Shown here: positions 35,020 to 47,491 of the stretch, piece after piece
Layout of the letters: each line of letters starts with the position of its first letter
Numbering within the stretch: the stretch's first letter is position 1
Assembly (NCBI GenBank): GCA_010093995.1
Contig: ML992501.1
Span: 2,871,194-2,929,033 of the forward strand
DNA from: Elsinoe ampelina
Taxonomy: Eukaryota
Direction of reading: 5' to 3'
DNA length: 57,840 nucleotides
Position numbers and translations under genes: made by a program
The notes under the pieces: generated by a model
What the model was told of the DNA's origin: nothing
Seen by the model: the letters and a program-made list of their open reading frames with translations, nothing else
Database searches by the model: none

Positions 35020-37509
35020 ATGCGCGGAGCAAACACCCTGAAAAGCATTTCTCGACGGCCACGGCCTACACCATGTCGATCTCCAATCCCGAGATGCTGG
35101 TCGAATGGGCCTAGGAGCAAAGCTGCTGCGGACTATCTGGATGAATCCGGTGTCAGTTCTGGGTCGCAGTTGAGCTGGCTACGATGGAGTCTTGGTATTG
35201 CAAGTCCAGTGGCATTCGCTGCATTGGTGTACACGGCTAATTCTCGACCAATCCTACTGGACGAAGGGTCATCATCAGACAACTCTAGCGGACTATTTTC
35301 CTTCTTCAAGGCCAATGATGCGGTGGACAAGCAAGATGTCTTCAACAATTCTACCTCTCAGGCAAGAACACAGGCGCCACCATCTCAGACTCGTTTACAG
35401 GAGCCAGATGGGACAGTTACCGGAAACGTGGATGATCCTGGAGGCAAAGAAGCCGAAGCTGTCGACTTTCTTAGCACTCTGAAGAAGACCGTGACGGGAT
35501 TCGACGTATCCGGACTGGGAGACAAGATTGGTGACTTTATTCTACCGGACTGGTTCAAGTTGCTGCCTGGTTTCATTCGCAAACTTCAATCAGAGCTTTC
35601 CATGTCACCTGGATCCTTGGCCGAGGAGATATGGCGAGAAGCAAACGATGTCGAGACCAATCCTGAAATCATGTGGGACGCTAGAGTACGAGTATCAAGG
35701 GAGCTTTGCCGAGATGAGCAGGTCTTCCTAGAGAAGCGGAAACGACACATTCGTCAAGCACTCTCCAAATACATTGGCGTCCCGATTGAGGAGATTCACC
35801 CAGACGACATACCGACAATTGCCATCTGCGGATCAGGTGGTGGTCTTCGAGCCATGGTTGCGGGAACATCGTCAATGTTGTCGGCTGGTGAAGCTGGCTT
35901 GTTCGACTGCGCCACATACACAGCAGGAGTCAGTGGCAGCTGTTGGCTGCAAACACTGTTCTACTCCTCCATCGGCAAGCGTGACCACTCTCGGATGATT
36001 GAGCATTTGAAGCACCGACTTGGTGTGCATATTGCGTTCCCACCGGCAGCCTTGAGTCTCATCAGCCAAGCACCTACCAATAAATACTTACTCAGCGGCA
36101 TCGTCGAGAAGCTCAAAGGCCTGCCAAACGCCGACTTTGGTCTTGTCGACATCTATGGTCTTCTCTTGGCAGCTCGACTCATGATACCAAAAGGTGAACT
36201 GGCCGTCGACTACTACGATCTCAAGGTATCCGATCAGTGCAGATTCGTTGACAAAGGAGCATATCCATTACCCATCTACACTGCTGTCCGACATGAGATT
36301 CCGGATGACGCAGTACCCGCAGTCAGCACTGAGGCTCTCAAAGAACAAGCTCGCAAAGAAGCCTGGTTTCAATGGTTTGAGTGGACACCATACGAATTTT
36401 TTTGCGAAGAGCTCGAAGCCGGCATACCTACCTATGCAGTGGGACGTAGCTTCGACCGAGGACGAACGGTATGGCGAGACAACGGCCTTGCCCTCCCAGA
36501 ATTGCGTATACCAGTTCTAATGGGTATTTGGGGAAGTGCATTCTGCGCAACGCTGTCTCATTACTACAAGGAAATAAGACCGATTGTAAAAGGACTTGCA
36601 GGATTTGGCGGTATTGATGAGCTTATCGCAGAAAAGGATGAAGACCTGGTAAAGCTACATCCGATCGACCCAGCCACAATTCCAAATTTCGCCATGAACA
36701 TGAAGGACATGCTACCAACCACCTGCCCGGAGAGTATACACAAAGCGGAACACTTGCAATTAATGGACGCTGGAATGTCGAACAACTTGCCTCTATACCC
36801 GTTGCTAAGACCAGGTCGTGAGGTAGATATCATTGTCGCCTTTGATGCATCTGCGGATGTCCGAAAGGATAATTGGCTCAAGGTAACGGACGGTTACGTG
36901 CGGCAACGTGGCATTCGTGGATGGCCGATGGGATCTGGATGGCCAGCAGAGGACGAAACGAGTTCCCAAGCGGCGGAAGAACTCGAACAAGCTTCAGCGC
37001 ATTCGGCAGAAGAGGCAGAGGCCAAAGTGGAAAGAGCACAAGTTCAAGATGAGAGAACGGGTCCGAGCACAAAGTCAAAGTCTGGACTGGGGTACTGTAC
37101 CGTCTGGATTGGTAGCAAAGAGGAACGTCGAGAAAGCGAGCCACCACCAAGTAAGCAAGTCGAAGAAGATTGGCAATTGATGGAGCCAAATGCTGGAGTT
37201 GCGGTAGTATACTTTCCCTTGATACCAAACGACAAGGCGCCTGGAGTGGACCCCCAAAAGTCGGATTTTTTGAGCACCTGGAATTTTGTATACAGCTCGG
37301 AAGAGGTCGATAAGGTGGTTGACTTGGCTCGAGCCAATTTCGAGGCGGGTAAAGAACAGACGAGACGGACAGTCAAAGCGGTTTGGGAGCGTAAACGAAA
37401 GCAGCGATTAGAGCGAGAGCGACAGGATCGAGATTCGAGATGGGCGTTGAACCTGGCAAAGCAGCGGAATAAAGGCCGGTATGGAGACCAGGGCGACCAT
37501 TTCAGTTGA
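35020..37509 (+). CDS. Cytosolic phospholipase A2 / lysophospholipase-family protein
   Basis: 829-aa ORF with SGGGLRA (oxyanion), GVSGS (catalytic Ser) and LMDAG (catalytic Asp). The Arg/Ser-rich N-terminus resembles a mitochondrial presequence. Confidence 0.9.
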   Translation: MRGANTLKSISRRPRPTPCRSPIPRCWSNGPRSKAAADYLDESGVSSGSQLSWLRWSLGIASPVAFAALVYTANSRPILLDEGSSSDNSSGLFSFFKANDAVDKQDVFNNSTSQARTQAPPSQTRLQEPDGTVTGNVDDPGGKEAEAVDFLSTLKKTVTGFDVSGLGDKIGDFILPDWFKLLPGFIRKLQSELSMSPGSLAEEIWREANDVETNPEIMWDARVRVSRELCRDEQVFLEKRKRHIRQALSKYIGVPIEEIHPDDIPTIAICGSGGGLRAMVAGTSSMLSAGEAGLFDCATYTAGVSGSCWLQTLFYSSIGKRDHSRMIEHLKHRLGVHIAFPPAALSLISQAPTNKYLLSGIVEKLKGLPNADFGLVDIYGLLLAARLMIPKGELAVDYYDLKVSDQCRFVDKGAYPLPIYTAVRHEIPDDAVPAVSTEALKEQARKEAWFQWFEWTPYEFFCEELEAGIPTYAVGRSFDRGRTVWRDNGLALPELRIPVLMGIWGSAFCATLSHYYKEIRPIVKGLAGFGGIDELIAEKDEDLVKLHPIDPATIPNFAMNMKDMLPTTCPESIHKAEHLQLMDAGMSNNLPLYPLLRPGREVDIIVAFDASADVRKDNWLKVTDGYVRQRGIRGWPMGSGWPAEDETSSQAAEELEQASAHSAEEAEAKVERAQVQDERTGPSTKSKSGLGYCTVWIGSKEERRESEPPPSKQVEEDWQLMEPNAGVAVVYFPLIPNDKAPGVDPQKSDFLSTWNFVYSSEEVDKVVDLARANFEAGKEQTRRTVKAVWERKRKQRLERERQDRDSRWALNLAKQRNKGRYGDQGDHFS

Positions 37510-38687
37510 TTGACAGTTGGTTGACCTTTTGCTCTCTTTTGATCAATGGCCATGCCCTCGGCAACGGCGCCAGGATTAGGGCCAAAGTGTTGCGAGGTAT
37601 GGAGAATGTGATTCGGCCGAGGAGAAGATGTTTGATATCAATCTTGAAGACACATTCGAGGTCATGTTACCGATTCTAAGCATCCAGACTTGCCCACCGC
37701 TTGAATTGTTCCACTCTTTGCGATTTCCAGTCATGATAATGAGGACTGGACAGGTACAGTGACCTGTCGACGTTTGTCCATAGGATGCTTACCAACGGGG
37801 CTTCACCGTTCGTTGCGTGGGAGTGGGCAGTGCGTGTCTCTGCCTTGTCGGCGTCTAGATTTGCAAATACTGGTAAACGGCCGGGCCATGGCTTGCAACC
37901 ATAGGCAAATAGCTGCTGGTTTCGACTAGACTGGTCACTGTCGTGCGGGTCCGGAGCTGCTCAATCTGCTGGGCCGGTTCTCTTGCATCCGCCTGTGACA
38001 CCTTCTGTCCTTTTGCAAATTCGTGGTATTGAGAGTCGACATTGAAGAAGAGAGCAACAATTGTCTTTCTGGACTGACTAGATCCGGACCACTCACGGCT
38101 CGAGGGCTTGATTGAACCTTTTTGCGGCAAAAGCCACGAGGGAAGCGACAGGGATTCTTCGCAAGCTGATTCATTTGCCGCGCTGCATCTGATTCGAGCT
38201 TCTCTTGCTGGATATCACCCTGACCCTGCAAGAAGAGCCTGCCAGAGCCTGCCAGAGCCTTTGGCTTTTAATCGACCTTTGACCACAGCACGATCCAGAA
38301 CCAAGGTGGAGCAAGATCAGCGCTCGCCAAAGAGAACGTCAGCAAAGAAAGGCAGGAGCAACATCCAAGCACCACTCCTCGTCCCGCCAAGCCACCTCCT
38401 CCTCCTCCACCTTTAGGTCTTGAACCACCATTTGACGTCTCGGCCCGTGACGGCGACAGAGAGTCAGCTCGAGAGATCCATTGCTATCGATTCATGAGCC
38501 GTTCCGACAATTGCTGCTGAAAGGTCACCGACGGGAGCAGCAAGTGGCACGTCTAATTACCTAGGTACCTCCCAACTTCCCCATCTCTGGTCGCGATCGA
38601 CGCCGCACGGCTTTGGCGTATTCGACTTCAGCTCTGCGACCGTAATCGACCCGCTCGGCGCGGTACACAGCAGTTGCCCATGCCAAC

Positions 38688-40010
38688 ATGGGTTCCTGCA
38701 TGAGCACACAGACCGAAGATGTGGATTCCAAGAAGAAGAGCCAGGCAATTGATCGCGCGCTGGAGGAGGATTCAAAGAAGCTACGACGGGAATGCAAGAT
38801 CCTGTTATTAGGTATGATGACATTCTGATAGAAGGTTACCGAGCGATGCTTGCTGACACACTGCACCACAGGCTCTGGAGAGAGCGGTAAATCAACAATC
38901 GTCAAGCAGATGAAGATTATCCACCAAAATGGCTACACAATGGAAGAGCTGGGTCTGTACAAGCACACTGTCTTCAAGAATCTGGTCGACTGCGCAAAAG
39001 CTCTTGTCGGAGCTATGCGACAATTCGAGGTTGATCCTGAGAAACCTGGCAACAAAGATCACTGCACCTTCATCATCGACTACCAACTCGACCCCGATCC
39101 GAATGCGCTGATAGATCCTCACATCTCAGAAGCGGTTGCTTCGGTATGGGCAGACCCCTGCATGTCCAAGGTATTTGATCACTCGACTGAGTTCTACCTC
39201 ATGGACTCGGCACCATAGTAATGATAAGCCTGGCTGTATAATTTGGCTCTCACTGACTTTCTCAGCTTCTTCGATGAGGTCAAGCGGATATGCGCAGACG
39301 AATACATTCCAACAGAGGCAGATGTGTTAAGAGCACGAACAAAAACGACAGGTATCTACGAGACGAGATTCCAGATGGGACAGCTGAGTATACAGTACGA
39401 GCATTGGTCGATTTACAAGACGAGGCAGTACTGACACGCAGCCAGCATGTTCGACGTTGGTGGCCAAAGAAGCGAACGGAAGAAGTGGATCCATTGCTTC
39501 GAGAACGTGACCAGCATCATCTTCTGCGTAGCACTCAGCGAATATGATCAAGTGCTGTTGGAAGCCAGCGACCAGGTACGTGGATGGGTCTATGCGACCA
39601 GGACGGCAAGCTAATACCCACAGAACCGTATGATGGAATCTCTGGTACTCTTCGACTCGGTGGTCAACTCACGATGGTTCATGAGAACGAGTATCATCCT
39701 CTTCCTCAACAAGGTCGATCTGTTCCGGCAAAAGTTAGGCAAGTCACCACTGTCGAAATACTTCCCAGATTACTCTGGAGGCGACGACGTCAATCGAGCG
39801 GCAAAATACCTTCTCTGGCGGTTCAATCAAGTGAATCGCGCACATCTCAATCTCTACCCGCAGTAGGTCTGATCACATTCATATCGTAACCAAATACTGA
39901 CAATTCACAGTCTCACACAAGCGACTGATACCTCAAATATCCGGCTAGTGTTCGCTGCCGTCAAGGAGACAATCTTACAGAATGCCCTCAAAGATTCGGG
40001 TATCCTATAA
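38688..40010 (+). CDS. Heterotrimeric G-protein alpha subunit, fungal group III (GanB/GNA-3/MagA type)
   Basis: MGSCMS acylation site, [41 protein letters not shown] and C-terminus ALKDSGIL*; five introns. Confidence 0.95.
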
Positions 40011-40899
40011 TCGACGACCTCTTCTCACGAGTATTCCGACCGATAGCGACTTTACATGTACAAACGCCATCATAACCGACATCTACGGACCCGACGGCAG
40101 TCTTTGCCCTCTGCGCCTTTATACCCACTTTCCACCTCGCTTATGAATACAACTACTAATTTACAATCCCTGAACGATCTTCGCTTCAAGCAACAATCAC
40201 CTCACCGCGCACGGCCACCGCAGTAATGCTCACAGCATTTCGATATTTGGATACTCCTAATCACGTCGAAAGACAATGTTTCTTCTCTCTCTTGTACTTT
40301 TTTGATCACAGCACTGGCGTTTGTGGCGCAGCAAAAAAAGTCGACCGATTCTCCCTGATGACTATGCGGGACATGGAGGATCTGGGGACATTCGGGTCAG
40401 GCGGGATGAGGTATCAGGATGGGCGGCAGCGCTGAGTTTTGGGTAGGAGATCGCCAGGAAAAGGAGGAGAGTTGGACGACAAGGGCTTCGAGTGGGAGGA
40501 TGATTACACGACTAGTACCCAGCAACCCGTTCAATCACTGCTGACAGTAGCTTTGGATTCGACACTACATCGTATGAGCGAGGCAGGCACAAACACGGAC
40601 AATCTACTGCAATATCGAGCTCTCTCCAACATGGAGCATCGGAGTGTGTTGAGAATGGAGTTCAGTAGTAATCTTCTTTTGACGGATCAGAGAAGGGGAA
40701 GTCAACTGTACCAATCTCTAGTCCTCGCAGGCAGAATGAATGCACGATCTCATCGTTACAAGGCTACCAATCAGGCTGACATGAACCAATCGCTCACTAT
40801 CAGAAATACACCCCTCATTCCCATTACCGATCAATCATCCACTTCCAGAAATGCCCGCTTTACTGCCAGATCATACTCCCCACCTACTACCGTTCTCAC

Positions 40900-42420
40900 T
40901 CACGCCTTGTCCTCGACCTCCACCCTCCCCTCCCCCTTGGCCGCCCTCTCCCTCTCCCTCCTCTCCCTCCAAACCACCACCCTCTTCTCCCTAATAAACC
41001 ACGCCGAATGCGCCACAAACCCCGCACCCACCACCATCGTGGCCCCAACCCAAACCTGACTCCCAAGAAACGCCCTCCCCCCCTCCCCCTCGAAAAGCGC
41101 ATCGATCGCCGTCCCGACCGGCGTCCCGACGAGCACCCCCAGCCCAGCAGCACAATACACCAACCCCAACCTAGTGGCGAACACCTCCATCCTGGGACAA
41201 ATATACGGCAACGCAGCGGCGGGCAAAGCGGCGACACCGCCGGAGAAGAAACCCCAGAGGACGAGGAACGCGACGTAGGCCGCGCGGTCGCGCACGGCGA
41301 TCCACGCGAAGCCGAGGCCGGAGAGGGCGAGGGAGCAGGCGAGGAGCATGAGTTCGGGCCCGACGCCGAGGTCGGACACCGCGGCGGGGATGACGCGGCC
41401 GAGGAAGTTGGCGGCGTTGATGATGGGGACGGTGGAGAAGGCTGTGTCGGTCGCGTGGAGCACGTGGGCTTGGGCGGCGGCTGGGAGTGATGTCTGGTTG
41501 GCGAGGGAGGAGGGGGTGAGGCCGGAGATGCGGGTGAAGGAGTAGGTCGCGGAGAGGATGTAGGGGGTCATCATGCCGCAGAAGAGGAGGAAGGAGGCGG
41601 CGAGGAAGGTGAGGTAGGGGGGGTCGCGGAGGGCCGAGGGGTCGCGGAGTTGTTTTTTCACGGCGTTGCGGAGGCGGAGGGGTTTGATGACGAGCCAAGA
41701 GATGGCGAGGAGGGCGAGGGAGAGGAAGCCGAGGGTGCGTGTGGCCCAGGGGAAGGTGTAGGTTGTGATCAGGTGGCGGAAGAGGAGGGGGTAGATGATG
41801 CCGCCGAAGGGGGCGCCGGCGGTGACGATGCCGAGGGCGAGGCCGCGGTGGGTGGTGAAGTATTGGGGGATTTGGGCGACCGAGGGGATGTAGAGGAGCC
41901 CGGAGGAGATGCCTTGGAGGATACCTTGGGTGAGGAGGATTTGGTAGTAGGTGGTGGATAGGGAGAGGAGCATGAAGGTGAGGCTGAGGAGGAGGGAGGC
42001 GAGGACGAGGGTCGGGAAGAAGTAGCCTCTGTCAAAGAGGGGGCCAGAAGCGACGCCGACGAGGAGCGTGAGGGAGGCTTGGGTGGTGCCGATCCAGGAG
42101 ATAGAGGTCGGGGAGTGCGAGATGAGGTTCGGGGTCGAGGTGGGCAGCTGGTAGTATGCTTGGTAGACGCCGAAGCTGCAGGCTAGTCCCCAGTTGTTCA
42201 TGAAGACGAGGAAGCAGCCAAACACCTGAAGCCAGGCTGTGAGACCGCCATTGGGAGGCTCTTCGGCGAAGTTGTCTTTCTTGTTGAGAAACTTCTTGAC
42301 GGAGGTGAGGAGGCTCGATTGGGGGTTGGTAGGATACGTGTCATTGTTGATGGATTGGTTGGTACTAGGGGTACCCTTGACGTCGGTCGTGATGGAACTG
42401 GCCCGAGTGGCTTCTGCCAT
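40900..42420 (-). CDS. MFS transporter, monocarboxylate porter / Mch-like
   Basis: PPNGGLTAWLQV, SFGVYQAYY, ISWIGT, GPLFDRG, QYFTTHRGLALGI and about 12 hydrophobic segments. Likely ATG at 42420 (ORF is open to 42546). Confidence 0.92.
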   Translation of the reverse strand: MAEATRASSITTDVKGTPSTNQSINNDTYPTNPQSSLLTSVKKFLNKKDNFAEEPPNGGLTAWLQVFGCFLVFMNNWGLACSFGVYQAYYQLPTSTPNLISHSPTSISWIGTTQASLTLLVGVASGPLFDRGYFFPTLVLASLLLSLTFMLLSLSTTYYQILLTQGILQGISSGLLYIPSVAQIPQYFTTHRGLALGIVTAGAPFGGIIYPLLFRHLITTYTFPWATRTLGFLSLALLAISWLVIKPLRLRNAVKKQLRDPSALRDPPYLTFLAASFLLFCGMMTPYILSATYSFTRISGLTPSSLANQTSLPAAAQAHVLHATDTAFSTVPIINAANFLGRVIPAAVSDLGVGPELMLLACSLALSGLGFAWIAVRDRAAYVAFLVLWGFFSGGVAALPAAALPYICPRMEVFATRLGLVYCAAGLGVLVGTPVGTAIDALFEGEGGRAFLGSQVWVGATMVVGAGFVAHSAWFIREKRVVVWRERRERERAAKGEGRVEVEDKA

Positions 42421-43919
42421 TGTGGATCGTGGTAGGATAATGAGAAGACGGACCGCGATGGAATGAAATCTGATTCCTACCTCTGAGCAACCCCGGAGGA
42501 CGAGGGGGGCGACAGATTTTATGTCGAGGGGTTGAAAATGCACCATACTTGATCAAGGTCATGGTCAAGACGAAAAGACTTTGATCTGCACAGAGTGACC
42601 GAACGATTGCAAGCACGATATCTGCAGCGTTCCGGGGCTGAGCATTGGTACAGCTCATGACTGGTGATTTCCGAACCGGTTAGGTGGTGTTAGGGGGACG
42701 GGAGAGCTCGTGCTGATTGGGCGGATATGCTGTATAAGGTAGCACATACAAGCCTCTCATGCAGTCAAGCGCCAGACACGCGTTCAGCTGGTACACAGAT
42801 AGGTCGCAGATCTTGGTCTGGAGGTGGCCTGGATGCGGTGTCGTATCGCAACGCGATAATCCACGGGCATTCGCTCCATGGGCTGAATGGTCGCCAGCTG
42901 CAGCAAGGGATCTCAATAGGAATTGGGCGAGAGTGGGAAATTGCCCACGGGACGATGCATGGACATGCACACCGACGTGTCTGCAACGTGGTAGTTTCAC
43001 TGAGGCATCGAGCTGACCTGAGCTTGGGAAACATGTTCGGTGAAGTGGCTTGAGGCTATGTAGGATAAATGGAAAAGTGGGAGATAACGAAGAGCTGAAG
43101 GCCAAAAATACTCACAGAGACAACCACTTCACCGGTCGGTACACATTGTGGTTGTTGGCAGTGCCCGTCTTCTTCAGCCGCAGTAGTCTTGGACGCATAT
43201 CTAATGGCGTTGTGCATGCGTCTCGGCCCAGGGCTGTGGGTAGCACAGCATAAGGTGAATATGAAAAAGGTACGTACAGGTTGCGGATATTGCACCTGCA
43301 GCAGCGAAACGGGAGTTTCGGTGCCTGTTCCGCAGTCCGACTCCTCCAGCCCAATCAGGCTACAGTAAGACCCGTGACCTCACCGGCAAATTTCTCGTCA
43401 GGCCTGCCATCGGATATCTATACCGCTTATCTTTCATACATACAGCTGGTCATTCTCAGATCTGTGTGTCCAGTCTCCAACCTCACGTCAATGCTAAATC
43501 AGACCTCTTGGAAGCACCTTGGTCATTCTTTTGCTCCTACCAGGTGCTACATCCGCCAGGCGTAATATCGATCAACCTTGGATCCGCCCCCGCCTCAGAT
43601 CCCCCGCTTGCTCGTGAATTGACTTTGAGACACAACTGGTCGATCCGGGGACCCCTCTACCTTGCTCATGGGGTGTCTGGCGTGTTTGATCTGGACGGAC
43701 CGGACCACCAGAGCTAGAAGCAGACGTTGATTGAAGCTCTGAACTCATCCGCTCGAGTGTCTGGTAGGAAGCGTAGAAAAGCATTCGATCCGCACATCTC
43801 TTCATCTCCAGCCTTCAAGTTCTCTCTTCGTTTCACCACCTGTATCTCCGTGTTCATCATTGCCATTATCCAGACCCAGTCTCTAGCAGCATTCCCCATC
43901 TTCTTGCTTGTAGCTAAAC

Positions 43920-44716
43920 ATGTCCGGAATCAACCCTCAAAACACCGCTATGCTACTGTCCCACGGCGCCTGGCATGCTCCCCACCACTACTCCCAGCTC
44001 ATCGAGGGTCTCGAGAAGGAGGGCTACACAGTCGTAGCGCCCCAACTCCCCTCCGTCGGCCGAGACGGCGACGCCTGGGACGACGACGTCAATACCCTCC
44101 GTTCCGAGCTGCAAAACATCTTCAAGAGCGGCAAAGACGCCGCCATCATCATGCACAGCTACGGCGGCGTCTGCGGCAGCGAAGCAGCCAAAGGCTTCGT
44201 CAAAGGCGAAGGTACATTCCCCCTCCCTCTCCCAACCACCGCCCTCTGACCCCTCCCCCAGGCGGCAACACCCACGGCGTCGTCAAACTAATCTACATGT
44301 GCGCCTTCGCCCTCCCCACCTCCACCAGCCTCAACGGCGCCCTCTCCGGCCTCCCACCCCTGGACTGGATCGACCCCACCCCATCCGGCAAAGCCCTCAC
44401 GTGCGAACGCAACGACGACATCTTCTACAACGACATCTCCGACGCCGCGTGGAAGAAACAAACCAGCAGCGAACTCAAGCCGCATGCCGCCGACACCATG
44501 GCTGCAGAGGTCACATGGGAGCCGTACAGGCAGATTAGTTCGGCGTATTTGCTGTGCGAGAGGGATATGGCGATTCCGATCCAGGCGCAGGAGGGGATGG
44601 CGGAGGCGGCGGGGATTACCGAGGTGAGGAGGATCGATGCGAGTCATAGTCCTTGGGTGAGTAGGACGGGGGAGACGGTGCGGGCGGTGTTGGATGCGTT
44701 TGCCGGGAAGCTGTAG
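43920..44716 (+). CDS. Alpha/beta-hydrolase (methylesterase-like, Abhydrolase_6)
   Basis: LSHGAWH, MHSYGG nucleophile, CERD and ASHSPW; intron 44212-44261. Confidence 0.9.
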
Positions 44717-45036
44717 ATGTGGTAGTGAATTATAATTTGTTTACGCTCTTTTGGGCAGGAACGGCTGTCAAGAGGATAATCGGATTCGGTGTGGAGAGTC
44801 AACCGTGAGGCGACTTGTGTTCTGACCGGGAATGTAATGTGAATCTACCGTTGAGGTCGAGCGCGATGGAAATGGTCCCACTGAAGACTTGACCTGGCGT
44901 TAGGAGCGGACAGATCCTACCAGGACACCTCTTCAGGTCAGCACAGCATGCGAGGTGACTTGCGTAGTGTGCAGGAGATGTTTTGTGTCCTTGTACAAGC
45001 TGTACTCCCCAAGTGAACGGCATGTTCTCGGTGTGC

Positions 45037-47375
45037 TCAATGCACCTCCCGCTCAGCCCAGCTCTGTATCACCCCCTCCGGAGTAGCAGGGTACTCCTTG
45101 AGAACCACTTCTCCGTCCTGGAGAAACGTGTTGGGCTGACTGAACACCCACTTTGGCTGGCTCGTTCTGGCCACAATTGAATGCCATTGTGTATACTGTC
45201 CATCGACTCTGGTGAGCTCCTCGTAGAAACCTCGACATGCCGCGACATCTGCTGTGCAGCGGTAGATGTGCAGACGTAGAAGCATCTCACCAAGGGCTTT
45301 CTTTCCGTCGGTGCGCATCTTCGATCGATCGATCCGCACCGTCAAGCGGTCGTGGGCCTCGTCACAGATCACCTGCAAGCATCCGTTACCGTGTCGGAGG
45401 AGATACTTCATGACTGCGAAGTGTGCCTGTTGTTCAGATTAGCTTGATCTGGCATGAGAAGAGACGGTGCAGACTCTGGCGTGAGCTTGACCCCATCTCT
45501 GACGATATTGTCAGTGCGGTATCATGAATTTGTGAATGGTAACATACTCCACTGTCAATATTGTAATCTGCCAACGCACGCAATCCGTCGGTACCTTGTT
45601 GCATGTAGAGGTTATAGGTAACTACCAGGCTTCAGCAAATAGCTCAAAAGGTGCTTGAATTGTACGTACCGTCATCAGCCGTGATGTTTGTGTCATCTGT
45701 ATAGCCAAACAGCGCAAGAAGTTCTTTGTCATCCATGAGGTAGGCGCCGACGAGTTCTGCTCTACATTCATCGACCGTGGTGGATAGGTCCTCGAAGCAA
45801 CTAGTCCACGTTTCCCCATGCTTGTACCACGACGTCACGGGTTGATTGGTCAGAGGGCTGGCAGGAGGATTGTAAATATCGAAGTTGTATATTCCAGGGG
45901 CAGTCTCTGCTAGAAGCTGGCTCGTCCCATGACCTAGTAGCTCATGTAAGACCACCCAAGTGTAGTAAGCAGCGTATCTATGTCTCTGATACTGTGCTAG
46001 CTCGTCTTCCTCCACGAATGGACAGGGTAAGCTATCGCTACTCTCAGCAGCCATTCGGTTACTGATGATGACATTCTTGAAACCAAGCTCTTGTCGTAGA
46101 TCATTGTAGTTTGGCAAGTTGATCCCGGCAAAGAGTATGGAAGAGCAGTAAGCGAGGGTGTGGATGCAAGTGAAGTCTGGGGGGTCGAAGAGGCTTTTTT
46201 CAAAAGGTCCTTTTCCATTGTTGTCGTCTGGAGTTCTGCCACACCAGGGCAGCCTCTGGATGAATGCGTCGCTTCTTTCGGCCAGTCTAGTGACCAATTC
46301 CGTTGCTTGCACATCCTTGATGGCAACCAAACCCTCGAACTCCGCACGAATGCCATAAGGATCTCTGTACGGTTCAACAAAGCCGAAGATGTCCTCCACT
46401 GTTGGCGATAGATGTCGCATCCACTTCTTGAGAGATTCTCGGTAGATGTTGAGATCACCAGTGCGGAAGCTTTGTATGTACTGCTTGATGTACTCTCGTT
46501 GCGGGTCGGACGTGGCGTGCGGTATTGCTTCCTCCCATGATTCGCACACTTTCCGTAGAGCTTGCGAATGGTCGCCACGTAGGATCTTAATTCTATAGTC
46601 CGTTGCCGCGATTCTGAGCTCGGCTACCAGTCCGGTTTCGACCGATGCTTGTAGTAATTCAAACGTGATATCGTCGTCGCTCCTGACCTTTCGGATTCGC
46701 GTATTCTCCGGATAGATGGAGTGCTTTTGTGACTCTTGCGATACCATTGCGATCTCCTCTTGGGAGATCTGCTCAGCCCCTGGATAGTAAGCGCTGGAGG
46801 TTTGACTTCCAGGGAAGCCGAGAGAGTACGGTGGCACAGCGTACATGGCATCGACGACGGGTATAAGGCTGGACCTCAGCTGTTCTGAGTGACCGGCGAA
46901 GACCTCGAGGTCTGCCCTATGGACTGCAGGAATGAACTTGCTATCTCCAGATCCCTGCAGTATTAGCAGAGCGCCGTGGTCACACGATATGTGGTAGTAC
47001 CTTACATAGAAATTTCCAATGTTGGACAAGAAGGTTGCAGAGTAATTCAGAAAGTGATCAAGATCGCTCTTACTGATCCAGTCCATCTCAACGTAGTGCT
47101 CCCAGTCGCCGGAGCACACATGAAAGGCAGCCATGATGAATTTGAAAATGCCCGCCGCTTCTTCCGAGACCTGTTCAAATATGATAGGCGCGCCGTACCA
47201 TGCTGCGCTGTCGTACCGGTCTTAGCGATACCTCTTGACCGCATCTTCGCTTGATTCCTACCTACCGCGCCGCATGATGAGCGTACAGTTTCTCATTTTT
47301 GGTCAAGGGGTCGAAGTGCTTGGCCAAGCCCATGGCATGGATGGGAGGCGTGCATGTTATCTCATAGCCGGCCAT
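45037..47375 (-). CDS. Dipeptidyl peptidase III (peptidase M49)
   Basis: KLYAHH, EPYRDPYGIRAEFEG, GINLPNY, HELLGH zinc motif and DECRAE; several introns. Confidence 0.93.
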
Positions 47376-47475
47376 CGTTTGTGCGCCTACCAGACCACGT
47401 CTACAATGTGCGAAAGTCGTCGGGTGCAAGATGACAGAGTGTTGGGCGTCACCGCGTGGAGGGTGGGGCAGTTCT

Positions 47476-47491
47476 GAGATCACGTGATCTC
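47476..47491. promoter_or_regulatory. 16-bp perfect palindrome with CACGTG E-box core
   Basis: GAGATCACGTGATCTC, 100 bp upstream of the DPP III ATG in the divergent DPP III/cutinase intergenic region. Confidence 0.5.

Noticed and set aside
38234..38260. AGAGCCTGCC x2.7 tandem repeat upstream of G-alpha
   Set aside because: Short slippage-type repeat with no sign of function.
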